Shown here: piece after piece, positions 1-7,515 of the stretch | How the letters are laid out: each line of letters starts with the position of its first letter | Numbering within the stretch: the stretch's first letter is position 1 | Virus record (IMG/VR): IMGVR_UViG_3300042505_000752 | Location: 1-64,000 of that record | Length of the DNA: 64,000 bases | Strand: one strand, 5' to 3' | DNA from: a virus | The notes under the pieces: model-generated | The model's database searches: none | What the model was told of the DNA's origin: nothing | What the model saw: only the letters and a program-made list of their open reading frames with translations | Program-made: the position numbers and the translations under genes

Positions 1-214
1 TTTGTAGTCGTACTCGTGTGCTCGTGACTTTCTTTTGCTCTGTTGCCTTGCGTGTCAAGCGACCCCAACCCCAACTAGTAGGTGACTTCACTTCGCTTTG
101 CTTTGCCTTGCGTGTCAAGTAAAAGTGCGCGACAAGTGTGTCATTGGGATTGAACTCTGACAATTCATCTATGAGCATTTGTACTGTCATCTTTGTAGAT
201 ATGTTGCGTGTCAT
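1..214 (-). CDS. Hypothetical early protein, truncated at the window edge (absent from the ORF track)
   Basis: ATG at 214 follows an AAAGGACAAAGC RBS and the promoter at 245-273. The frame stays open to position 1: MTRNISTKMTVQMLIDELSEFNPNDTLVAHFYLTRKAKQSEVK... Confidence 0.55.
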   Translation of the reverse strand, partial: MTRNISTKMTVQMLIDELSEFNPNDTLVAHFYLTRKAKQSEVKSPTSWGWGRLTRKATEQKKVTSTRVRLQ

Positions 215-244
215 GCTTTGTCCTTTAGTAGTGGTGACAAGGTA

Positions 245-273
245 ATCATACACACCTATCAACCAAAAAGCAA
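245..273 (-). promoter_or_regulatory. Sigma70/SigA-type promoter
   Basis: The minus strand reads TTGCTT-17 nt-TATGAT. The promoter at 3318-3346 has the same architecture. Confidence 0.7.
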
Positions 274-317
274 CCTTTATCAAAAGAAATATTTATAATA
301 GTTATGTGACAAATGTC

Positions 318-469
318 TGTGGATAAGGTGTGGATAACTCTGTACACAGGCTGTGGGTAACGCTGTGGATAACCATGCGTGCTGTGGATAGTGCTGTGTA
401 TAACCTGTGGATAACTACATGACCAAAGTGTGGATAACTAGCACCAACTGTGGACAAAGGTGGGGATAA
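318..469. repeat. Array of 10 co-oriented DnaA-box 9-mers (oriC-like or DnaA-titration site)
   Basis: TGTGGATAA at 318, 329, 364, 406 and 429; TGTGTATAA at 395; TGTGGACAA at 449; single-mismatch copies at 352, 383 and 461. An AT-rich tract lies at about 277-305. Confidence 0.85.
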
Positions 470-633
470 CTGTTGCGAAAACGAGGATGCGGGGCTATTT
501 TTCGGACGACCTCAGAACAGGGGGGAAGAGACACACACACCATATTGCATTGTTTCCATATAGATTTATCCAAAGTCGGGGTAGTGCACTACTCCTTGGT
601 CTGGAATAATGCACTCCCCTAACTTAGTCGTGA

Positions 634-861
634 TTACAGCGACGCAATAAATTCTTGCGATGCGCTGTCGTATGCGACGAGTGACAAGCCTGCACAACCC
701 AGTGCGTCCAGTAGGAGGTTAGGTGTGATTTCGCCACCATCATTCTCATACGGCATGAATTGCGTGAGTTCTTTGAGGAGGGCTTCTGCATAAAGCGTTT
801 GCTTACCATCCGTAAGTTTTTGTAGTGTTTTTTCTTCTGTTGAGTTAAGTATGATTTCCAT
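634..861 (-). CDS. Hypothetical protein
   Basis: C-terminal part of track ORF 634..1050. The likely start is MEIILNS at 861, after GGAAGG. Confidence 0.6.
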   Translation of the reverse strand: MEIILNSTEEKTLQKLTDGKQTLYAEALLKELTQFMPYENDGGEITPNLLLDALGCAGLSLVAYDSASQEFIASL

Positions 862-871
862 AGTTGATATT

Positions 872-1075
872 CTACCTTCCAGTTTCAGTATTGTCAAGTG
901 TTTGTTTGATTTGTCGTTTACCATTTTTACTCGTGGATAGTCCGTTGATGCACTTGTGGTTTTTATGCCAGTCTTCAACATGTTTCCATTCGCCCCATCT
1001 GAATGATTTTCTATTACAGAGGGTGCATTGACCCCTATGATTTTTACCAATTGTTATGTTTTTTAGGGTTAACAT
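872..1075 (-). CDS. Hypothetical protein with CxxC
   Basis: Part of track ORF 872..1207. The likely start is MLTLKN at 1075, and the protein contains CTLC. Confidence 0.5.
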   Translation of the reverse strand: MLTLKNITIGKNHRGQCTLCNRKSFRWGEWKHVEDWHKNHKCINGLSTSKNGKRQIKQTLDNTETGR

Positions 1076-1256
1076 TTTTATTTGCTCTGCGTTGTTTTCG
1101 TTTAGATTTATCTGACTTTTTCTCATACTCGCGCATTTCTTCTTCGTAATATTTTTGCCATTTGCGATGAGAAATTTGCTTTCTGATGACATCTCTCGCG
1201 TAATCAAAAAACATGATTCCTTGGATTGTCAGACTGATTGTCAAGATTGTTTTCAT
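1044..1256 (-). CDS. Hypothetical protein with a hydrophobic N-terminus and basic tail
   Basis: 70-aa ORF whose start overlaps the upstream stop by 4 nt (ATGA). Confidence 0.6.
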   Translation of the reverse strand: MKTILTISLTIQGIMFFDYARDVIRKQISHRKWQKYYEEEMREYEKKSDKSKRKQRRANKNVNPKKHNNW

Positions 1257-1447
1257 TTGAATATCTCCTCTAATTTTTGCATGATGTCTTCGGGTAAATT
1301 TTTCTGCGTTGTGTAAATTTGCTTCAGCACTTCGTAGTAATACTCTCGTTCTTCTACTTCACAGTGATGACAACCTTTTACGGAGCATCGTACAAGTGCA
1401 AGATTTTTTACTATCGGTTCTTTATCTGTTTTTTGGTAATAGTTCAT
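1253..1447 (-). CDS. Hypothetical protein
   Basis: 64-aa ORF with a GAGG RBS and a CSVKGCHHC motif. Confidence 0.6.
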   Translation of the reverse strand: MNYYQKTDKEPIVKNLALVRCSVKGCHHCEVEEREYYYEVLKQIYTTQKNLPEDIMQKLEEIFK

Positions 1448-1518
1448 GGGGTGCCTCTCAAAAAAAAATCGGTTTTGTTCTGTGCGTTTAGATTTATCTG
1501 ATATTGCATGTGGGCTGT

Positions 1519-1556
1519 TTCTAAATACGAGGGGGTTTTAATTCTAAATACGAGGG
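1519..1556. repeat. 15-bp direct repeat, two copies
   Basis: TTCTAAATACGAGGG at 1519-1533 and 1542-1556. Confidence 0.8.
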
Positions 1557-1557
1557 T

Positions 1558-1607
1558 AAAAAAGTTATACCCTCTACCATCCTTCCCAGATTGGCAGAGG
1601 GTACAAC
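1558..1607 (-). terminator. Intrinsic terminator
   Basis: 16-bp stem (1564-1579/1592-1607) with two G-U pairs that form only on the minus strand, followed by U6. Confidence 0.75.
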
Positions 1608-1665
1608 CCCGTAGTTGGTTTAAGTTGTCAATGGCAATTCTTGCCACCGTCAGATTTCTCTGCAC
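1558..1665 (-). ncRNA. Putative ~105-nt small RNA or attenuator leader
   Basis: Bounded by a TTGACA promoter and a terminator. It contains a GAAA-tetraloop hairpin and a GGUGGCAA/UUGCCAUU hairpin. Confidence 0.5.
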
Positions 1666-1669
1666 CAAC

Positions 1670-1698
1670 ATATTATCTGCGTCCGTTATTTTTGTCAA
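1670..1698 (-). promoter_or_regulatory. Sigma70-type promoter
   Basis: The minus strand reads TTGACA-17 nt-TAATAT. Confidence 0.6.
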
Positions 1699-1716
1699 CC
1701 TAAACAACAAAAATTT

Positions 1717-2013
1717 TCAGTCCATTAAGGATTCAAATTCTTCATAAATCTTGCCTGTGATATCTGCGATCTGATTGTTCCACCAGTGTTCGGGTGGGCA
1801 GGTTGGCGAGATGAGAACTTCAATTGACTTAGAAACTTTTTTTGCTTCGGGGTGACTCTTGAAGAACTTGTCAACTTCTGTCATGTTCTTGAATGGACCG
1901 AAGAACACTCGGTCAGTTGCTCGGACATGATGAAGGATGAGTGAATAGTTAGGCATTTCGGGCTTTTCGGGTTGAGTTTCGTCCACGAAAAGTATTTCTC
2001 CTCGGTAAATCAT
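1717..2013 (-). CDS. Hypothetical protein
   Basis: 98-aa ORF in a tightly packed operon. Confidence 0.7.
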   Translation of the reverse strand: MIYRGEILFVDETQPEKPEMPNYSLILHHVRATDRVFFGPFKNMTEVDKFFKSHPEAKKVSKSIEVLISPTCPPEHWWNNQIADITGKIYEEFESLMD

Positions 2014-2613
2014 TTATGCGCTCCTTATAGCAGTTTTTATGTATGTGATTGCTTTGCCGATGTCTCGGGCGTAGTTAAATAGCCAGTCATTGGCATGCTT
2101 GTAAGAATTGTCTTTAATGGGGTGCCAAAAGAAATGACCCTCATCTATGGGTGTATGTAAAAAATCTTTGAGTTCAGAGACAGCCAAAAAGTTCTTATTG
2201 AATTCAGTTAACTTTCTAATGATTGACTGACCTGTATCTATGTTGTATGCGTGTCGGTCAAATTGACTTGAAGATAAATCAACAAAATGAGTTCTTGTTA
2301 CCGTCACTAAATGGGCATTAAAATCGCCTGTAGTGCTTTTGATTTCTCCGACCCAGTTCGGTCCAACACCAACGCTCCAAGCAGTCTTAGACCAGTTGTC
2401 GCGTGGCACAGAGGTGCTGATGCTCTCTGCCATCTCCTCATTGCAAACAAATGCAGACACGGGAATCACTTTGTTCTGAATGTTGAAGTAGTTGAATACT
2501 TCTGATGTAATTCGTGCTGAAAGTATGCAACAATTTTTCTTGACATTTGGGGCTACTTCTGCTTGCCAAAATTCGTTGAGTTTCTCGGTTACAAATGCTT
2601 GTTTAGTAGTCAT
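2014..2613 (-). CDS. Hypothetical protein, possible transglutaminase/papain-like Cys-His-Asp fold
   Basis: The likely start is MTTKQ at 2613 (ATGA overlap). Motifs NCCILSA, NAHLV and FVDLSSSQF. Confidence 0.45.
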   Translation of the reverse strand: MTTKQAFVTEKLNEFWQAEVAPNVKKNCCILSARITSEVFNYFNIQNKVIPVSAFVCNEEMAESISTSVPRDNWSKTAWSVGVGPNWVGEIKSTTGDFNAHLVTVTRTHFVDLSSSQFDRHAYNIDTGQSIIRKLTEFNKNFLAVSELKDFLHTPIDEGHFFWHPIKDNSYKHANDWLFNYARDIGKAITYIKTAIRSA

Positions 2614-2834
2614 GAAATTTTGATTTTCTTGATTTTGATTTCGTCCAGCGGAAGCCAACCAAACCATTTGTTGTTGATGCTTTTCAATAGAACCTGATTG
2701 ACTCTATTTGGATTGGGCATCATAAAGAATTCAGGTCCGTGTTCTTTGACTCGGTTCCGTGTTCTCTTTGATGCTGTTTGACCGTTAATTGTAATAAACA
2801 CTTCTTCGGTAATTTGAGGGTCAGGCGCTGTCAC
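2610..2834 (-). CDS. Hypothetical protein
   Basis: 74-aa ORF with ATGA overlaps on both sides. Confidence 0.7.
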   Translation of the reverse strand: MTAPDPQITEEVFITINGQTASKRTRNRVKEHGPEFFMMPNPNRVNQVLLKSINNKWFGWLPLDEIKIKKIKIS

Positions 2835-3286
2835 TTCTCTGCCTTTCTCTCTTCTTTCGGATTACGAACTTGGTACAAACCCTTTTTGATCTTCCTAAAG
2901 TACTGAGGATTTGAATCAATAAATTTGAGAATTGTCGGATATGACATTTCTGATAAGTCTGTCAAAAATTGAGTAGTGACGGTTGCTTCAGCGTTGTCGT
3001 CTAGCCATTTGTAGATTTCGTCATACTTGTCAACACGCTTAACTTTTGGTTCTAGACCATCAAACTCGGGATTGACTTTTGCGATAATGCTCGGTGGGAA
3101 CATGTACTTACTGAGCGTTTCAGCGGTGACTTTGCCTTCGTATTTTTGCATGGTGTAGCGAAGGCGAATAATCTCTGACGGCTCCCGCATTTCTTCGGGT
3201 GGAATGCTTGTGGCATTGCCATACTTAGCAATGAGATTTTGGATTGCAGTGCGGTATTCGTTTTCGGCAGTTTCAATAGTTGTCAT
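2831..3286 (-). CDS. Hypothetical protein, possible C-terminal winged helix
   Basis: 151 aa with an AAAGGACAA RBS and its own promoter. The C-terminus reads VTTQFLTDLSEMSYPTILKF...KKGLYQV. Confidence 0.6.
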   Translation of the reverse strand: MTTIETAENEYRTAIQNLIAKYGNATSIPPEEMREPSEIIRLRYTMQKYEGKVTAETLSKYMFPPSIIAKVNPEFDGLEPKVKRVDKYDEIYKWLDDNAEATVTTQFLTDLSEMSYPTILKFIDSNPQYFRKIKKGLYQVRNPKEERKAEK

Positions 3287-3317
3287 AATTGTCCTTTACT
3301 AGTAATCGGTTACACAT

Positions 3318-3346
3318 AGTATAACATGCCTATTTACAAAAAGCAA
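3318..3346 (-). promoter_or_regulatory. Sigma70/SigA-type promoter
   Basis: The minus strand reads TTGCTT-17 nt-TATACT. Confidence 0.75.
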
Positions 3347-3379
3347 ATAATTATTAAAAATAGCCTCTGACCAGCGGTT

Positions 3380-3712
3380 TTAGTCACCGATAGTTTTGGT
3401 AAATTTGCTTTCTTTTACTTTTTTAAGAATTCTTAAGATGTCATCTTCCGAAGCATCGTCAACAATGAAGAGTTCTGCTTCGGATGTTGAACCTAAATTC
3501 ATTTTATAACAGTCTTTGATAAATTCATATGATTGACCAATCAATTGTTGCTTGGTGTTTTTAGTATAGCAAACGGTATCATTTTTTTCATTTAGAAGTA
3601 CGGCAAATGGAATATCCCCATTTTCGTACTCATAGTAAAAAATTGCTGGGTATGTGAACTTTTCTTTTAAATTCTGTCTTGCGCGTTTGGTAACATCTAA
3701 ATCCTGCTTCAT
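3380..3712 (-). CDS. Hypothetical protein
   Basis: The likely start is MKQDL at 3712, coupled (TGATG) to the kinase gene stop. Confidence 0.65.
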   Translation of the reverse strand: MKQDLDVTKRARQNLKEKFTYPAIFYYEYENGDIPFAVLLNEKNDTVCYTKNTKQQLIGQSYEFIKDCYKMNLGSTSEAELFIVDDASEDDILRILKKVKESKFTKTIGD

Positions 3713-5754
3713 CACAATCCACCATTCCATGGAACAGAAGTTGTGTCTTTGATTGCTTGAATAAGTGCAGTTGGGTTATCTTCTAAATATTTAAGTCGTG
3801 TCATAGCAAGTGTCCTCATGGCGTTAATATGTGCTTCCTCGGTGGGTGTCAATTCTATACCACGACTTCTTAATCTGTCAAGAGATAAAATTTCATCAAT
3901 TTGAGCACGAAATTTTTTCATGGCAATTTTTTGCCCTTCGGTGAATTGCCTCATTGCCTCTGGGTCGCTTGAAATTCTTGTTCCGAATGTACCCAAATAA
4001 TTAAAAAAGATATTTCCGCCACTAGCAGCGTAATTTGTTGGAGTCATATCTTTGCGATTTTCAGCATGTTCTTCAAATTCGTAACCCTCTACCTCCACAT
4101 CGTGTCCTATTGACATCAATTCTGGGGCACGACCTCCAAACATTAAGCCGTTATCAATTACGCCAAGTCTTTGATTCCCATCTTCGTCATATGCGACCTT
4201 AATATTGTTTTCATGCCTATCAAGGTTGTCAAAAATATAATCAAGTGCTAAAACTTGAGCAACATCCTGAGGACTGACTTTATCTGAGTCAACCCCACCC
4301 ACGCGACCAGAGTCAACCCAATAGGAGGGTTTGCCATCTTCTGTTTGAATCTTTAAAGGCACTGTCCTGTCCCATGATTCAATGCTTCTCATTGCTGTCC
4401 AGCGAACTTTTCTTCCCATTGGGTCGTTCCAATCTGGATTTCGTGGATCAACAACTGGGACTTGTGTTCCAGTGCGAATTTCTTTAGGATCGTTTTTTGA
4501 CGCAAGATCAAGGAGGGCTGATGCTTCCATTCCGATGTTTTCAAGAATTCCGTCGTTAGAACCAAAAGTTGAAGCCTTCAAATACCAAACTTCTCCAGTT
4601 TCTTTGTCTTCTACTTTAAATACAGTCCAAAGACCACCGTACTCATGTCCGCCAACCGAGTCTTTTCCTTGGTTTCCTTTTAGTGTCTTAAATTTGAAGC
4701 GTTTATTTTCAAATGTTGCCTTGGCTGCAATGTCCGAAAATATGACGCTTTCGTCAAAGTTGCCCGTCATAATATCCTCAAATGTGATGTCAATACCTTG
4801 AGGATTTAGTAGACCTAGCCCACTATTTTCATCAATAATAATATTTTCGTCAAAGATTGCGGCTGCAAAAATGTCATCATCAAGGTCAGCGACATCGCCA
4901 CCTCCATAGTGAATATCGGCTACAGCATTGCGATACTTCTCGTCATCAATTGTACTAATGCGGGTTGGACCAATAAGTTCAGCCTTTGCTTCTTCTGCTC
5001 CAGCAAATTGGACCTTAGGCTTGCCATATCGCATAACCTGTACGCCGTCAGGAACATTGCCTGATCCGCCAATTCTGTCAATAAAATCATCGTAGTCTCG
5101 TTTTGAAAGAACCAATATTTCTTTATCCGTCTCAACGACATAATGGTCACCCGAAGTAAATGCGAGTTCTTGTGCTTTTTCGTCAGCACGCTTAAATGCG
5201 CGATTTCTATTGATACGAATAGGGACACGCTGGTCTTGAGGTAAGCCTCGTGCAAGGGCACTAAATGCATCTTCAAAATCTTCTGCTGGCTCTTCTGGGG
5301 CACTGGCATTTGCAATGCTTGCATCAAAACCAAGACGATCTTGTGAAATTTCACTAGATGGCTGTGGAGGGTCAAGAATGTTCTCAACCGATGGAACCCG
5401 AGTTTCAAGACCGGGATATCCAATTTCCTCAAGCGATGACGATCCGAGTGATAGTCCACGCTCTGAAAGTGATGGGTATCCAAGTTTTCCTAATTGAGAA
5501 GGTTTTCCACGCTTCTTAGCATCACCAGCACTGCCATAAGAAGGCTTGTAGGCAATGTCCACACCATCGGAACCGACGACCCTCATTGAGGGACGACTCA
5601 TTGAGGTTATTCCCCGCTGAATATCGTTGCCGATTTCGTCAAGTAAACGACTTCCAACAGGGCGTTCCCACGCTGTACCTTCTTGGACAATGCCGTCGTT
5701 GTCAGCGTCTATGGCATCTGGGTCATAGGGTTCTATGCGTAGTTTTCGTGCCAT
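3712..5754 (-). CDS. Large protein with a C-terminal HipA/PI3-4-kinase-like domain
   Basis: WYLK (ATP-binding Lys), DYIFDNLDRHENN (catalytic) and VIDNGLMF (metal-binding). The N-terminus has a DADNDGIVQEGTAWERP motif. Confidence 0.75.
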   Translation of the reverse strand: MARKLRIEPYDPDAIDADNDGIVQEGTAWERPVGSRLLDEIGNDIQRGITSMSRPSMRVVGSDGVDIAYKPSYGSAGDAKKRGKPSQLGKLGYPSLSERGLSLGSSSLEEIGYPGLETRVPSVENILDPPQPSSEISQDRLGFDASIANASAPEEPAEDFEDAFSALARGLPQDQRVPIRINRNRAFKRADEKAQELAFTSGDHYVVETDKEILVLSKRDYDDFIDRIGGSGNVPDGVQVMRYGKPKVQFAGAEEAKAELIGPTRISTIDDEKYRNAVADIHYGGGDVADLDDDIFAAAIFDENIIIDENSGLGLLNPQGIDITFEDIMTGNFDESVIFSDIAAKATFENKRFKFKTLKGNQGKDSVGGHEYGGLWTVFKVEDKETGEVWYLKASTFGSNDGILENIGMEASALLDLASKNDPKEIRTGTQVPVVDPRNPDWNDPMGRKVRWTAMRSIESWDRTVPLKIQTEDGKPSYWVDSGRVGGVDSDKVSPQDVAQVLALDYIFDNLDRHENNIKVAYDEDGNQRLGVIDNGLMFGGRAPELMSIGHDVEVEGYEFEEHAENRKDMTPTNYAASGGNIFFNYLGTFGTRISSDPEAMRQFTEGQKIAMKKFRAQIDEILSLDRLRSRGIELTPTEEAHINAMRTLAMTRLKYLEDNPTALIQAIKDTTSVPWNGGL

Positions 5755-5766
5755 AAGTTAACTATT

Positions 5767-6132
5767 TTACTCTTTTTTCTGTTGACTGACAGGTTCCCAA
5801 CCTTCTTCACAAAAAGAATGATGAAGCGTTTTGAATTGACCGTTTTTACCCTTGCGCATAAGTTCGCCAGGTTTACCTGTTACTTCGCAAGTCAAAAGGG
5901 AGATTCGTTCTGCATTTCGTATTAAGCCATCAATTTGTTCGCTGAATTCAGGGTTTGAAGGTGCGTAGTAAAATCGTAAACCACCAAATTTTTCTTTGAT
6001 TTGATAAATCTTATAATCGGGGTCTATTTTGAGAATATCGTTATGTAGGCGCTCAATCAGCGGGAACCAACCCTCATCGCAACTAACTGTTGCGGGAAAT
6101 GTTGGGTGGAATCGTAGTAAAACATCTTTCAT
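5767..6132 (-). CDS. Conserved phage hypothetical protein (QIKEKFGGLRFY family)
   Basis: Motifs IYQIKEKFGGLRFYY and TCEVTGKPG. Confidence 0.7.
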   Translation of the reverse strand: MKDVLLRFHPTFPATVSCDEGWFPLIERLHNDILKIDPDYKIYQIKEKFGGLRFYYAPSNPEFSEQIDGLIRNAERISLLTCEVTGKPGELMRKGKNGQFKTLHHSFCEEGWEPVSQQKKE

Positions 6133-6155
6133 AAAATCCTTATCGTCTATTTTGT

Positions 6156-6776
6156 TTAAAAATCATATTGCAAAAAATACCCTGCTGTCTCATGTAAGCC
6201 AACAGAAATTGCAAGATGAAATGTATCTATGTCTTCTGGAATTGTACCAGTTTCCATGTTTAAAATTTCTTGAGCCTCACTAATATATTCATTATTTCTA
6301 AGTACAGATGGGTCTTCCGAATGGACCAAAGCGCCCCATGTAACCTTTTTACCTAATTTAATCTTAAATGGTATAGCGCATAAATCTATAGTGTCTACAT
6401 CAACATAATTTATTGTTAAGCATTCATTAACTCCGCTTTTTGGATCAAGAAATGCCTCTACGAGGTTTTTGTCGCGGGTTAGTTCGGGGTTTTTGGACAT
6501 ATATCCCTCTGCCAAGACGGTGAACGAATCACAATGCCATCCTCGCCTGAGTGCATTATATGCATCGTGCGTGCGCTCAATCTTTTCATCATCATCGCTC
6601 ATAAAAGATGTGTCCATTTGCGCCACGCAAACAAGTTCATCATCGCGCCATCCAAAAATATTCATGGCTAGTTCTTCCCCGATGCCATGGTCTTTGACAA
6701 CTTGCGTTTTAGCAGCCTGACCAACAGCGAGTGTCAAACTAATCTTTGAAATAGAATCTGGATATTTTCCCTGCAT
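6156..6776 (-). CDS. Hypothetical protein
   Basis: 206-aa ORF. Confidence 0.7.
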   Translation of the reverse strand: MQGKYPDSISKISLTLAVGQAAKTQVVKDHGIGEELAMNIFGWRDDELVCVAQMDTSFMSDDDEKIERTHDAYNALRRGWHCDSFTVLAEGYMSKNPELTRDKNLVEAFLDPKSGVNECLTINYVDVDTIDLCAIPFKIKLGKKVTWGALVHSEDPSVLRNNEYISEAQEILNMETGTIPEDIDTFHLAISVGLHETAGYFLQYDF

Positions 6777-6856
6777 ATAGACAACTTAGTAGGAAAATAG
6801 TATGGATGGGGGGAACCTTCCACTGGCGGTCAAAGTAATCCACTAATGTTTCTTTT

Positions 6857-7180
6857 ATGACACAGAGCAATACTCCCAAAAAGAAGACAGTAGCCAAAAA
6901 AACTACTGCGCCCAAAAAGGCAACAGCAAAGAAAACTAGTCCTTCATTAGCCCCCGCAAAGCGTGGTCGCCCTCCAAAGAAGAAGGCAGAAGAAGTAGTT
7001 GAACAAATCAACAATGCGGTAGATTCAGCGCAAGATAAGGTAACTGAAATTGTTGAAGAAAAAATTGATCAGGCTTTTGCCTTGATTGATGATTTTGCTG
7101 AATATGTTGTTACACCAGAGAACATTAAAAAGGCAAACTGGGTACAACGATTTTTCCGTTCGCTTGCTAAGCGTTCGTAA
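6857..7180 (+). CDS. Lys/Ala-rich histone-H1-like protein with an AT-hook
   Basis: KKKTVAKKTTAPKKATAKK followed by KRGRPPKKK; the C-terminal half is acidic. Confidence 0.6.
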   Translation: MTQSNTPKKKTVAKKTTAPKKATAKKTSPSLAPAKRGRPPKKKAEEVVEQINNAVDSAQDKVTEIVEEKIDQAFALIDDFAEYVVTPENIKKANWVQRFFRSLAKRS

Positions 7181-7182
7181 AA

Positions 7183-7515
7183 CTATTTAATATTTTTCCC
7201 GCACTTCATACAGCGCGTTCCCCACGGAAACCATTTTAGCGTTTCCGCTGGGTGACCGCACTCAAGGATACTTATAGCCATCTTGTTGGCTGCGTTGCGC
7301 AAAAATTCGCTGAGAGTGATATTTTCTTTGTCTGCAGCGCGTTTCCAATAAGCGTGATCTTCATCCGTTGTCCTGATTAATACTTGTTTTGTAGCAGTAG
7401 AACCATCTTCTGCTCCAGTATTAGGCTTACGAGTAGGCGTAATTGTTTCAGCAATTTTTGCCATTGCTGCTTCTACATTGTCAATATTTTCGTCATCCAT
7501 AAATTGTTTCCTCAT
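7183..7515 (-). CDS. Ribbon-helix-helix DNA-binding protein with a C-terminal Cys motif
   Basis: KQVLIRTTDEDHAYWKRAADKENITLSEFLRNAAN followed by CGH...CMKC. Confidence 0.6.
   Translation of the reverse strand: MRKQFMDDENIDNVEAAMAKIAETITPTRKPNTGAEDGSTATKQVLIRTTDEDHAYWKRAADKENITLSEFLRNAANKMAISILECGHPAETLKWFPWGTRCMKCGKNIK

Noticed and set aside
318-469. CRISPR array interpretation of the repeats
   Set aside because: The repeats are 9 bp with gaps of only 2-14 bp, far below CRISPR dimensions, and they match the DnaA-box consensus.
480-623. tRNA or other structured RNA in the gap after the DnaA array
   Set aside because: No cloverleaf or T-loop motif; only a short palindrome (GTAGTGCACTAC), low-complexity runs and one reversed imperfect DnaA box at 566-574.
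1444-1710. 88-aa ORF on the minus strand
   Set aside because: It has no RBS and contains a consensus promoter, RNA hairpins, a terminator and direct repeats, so it is more likely non-coding.
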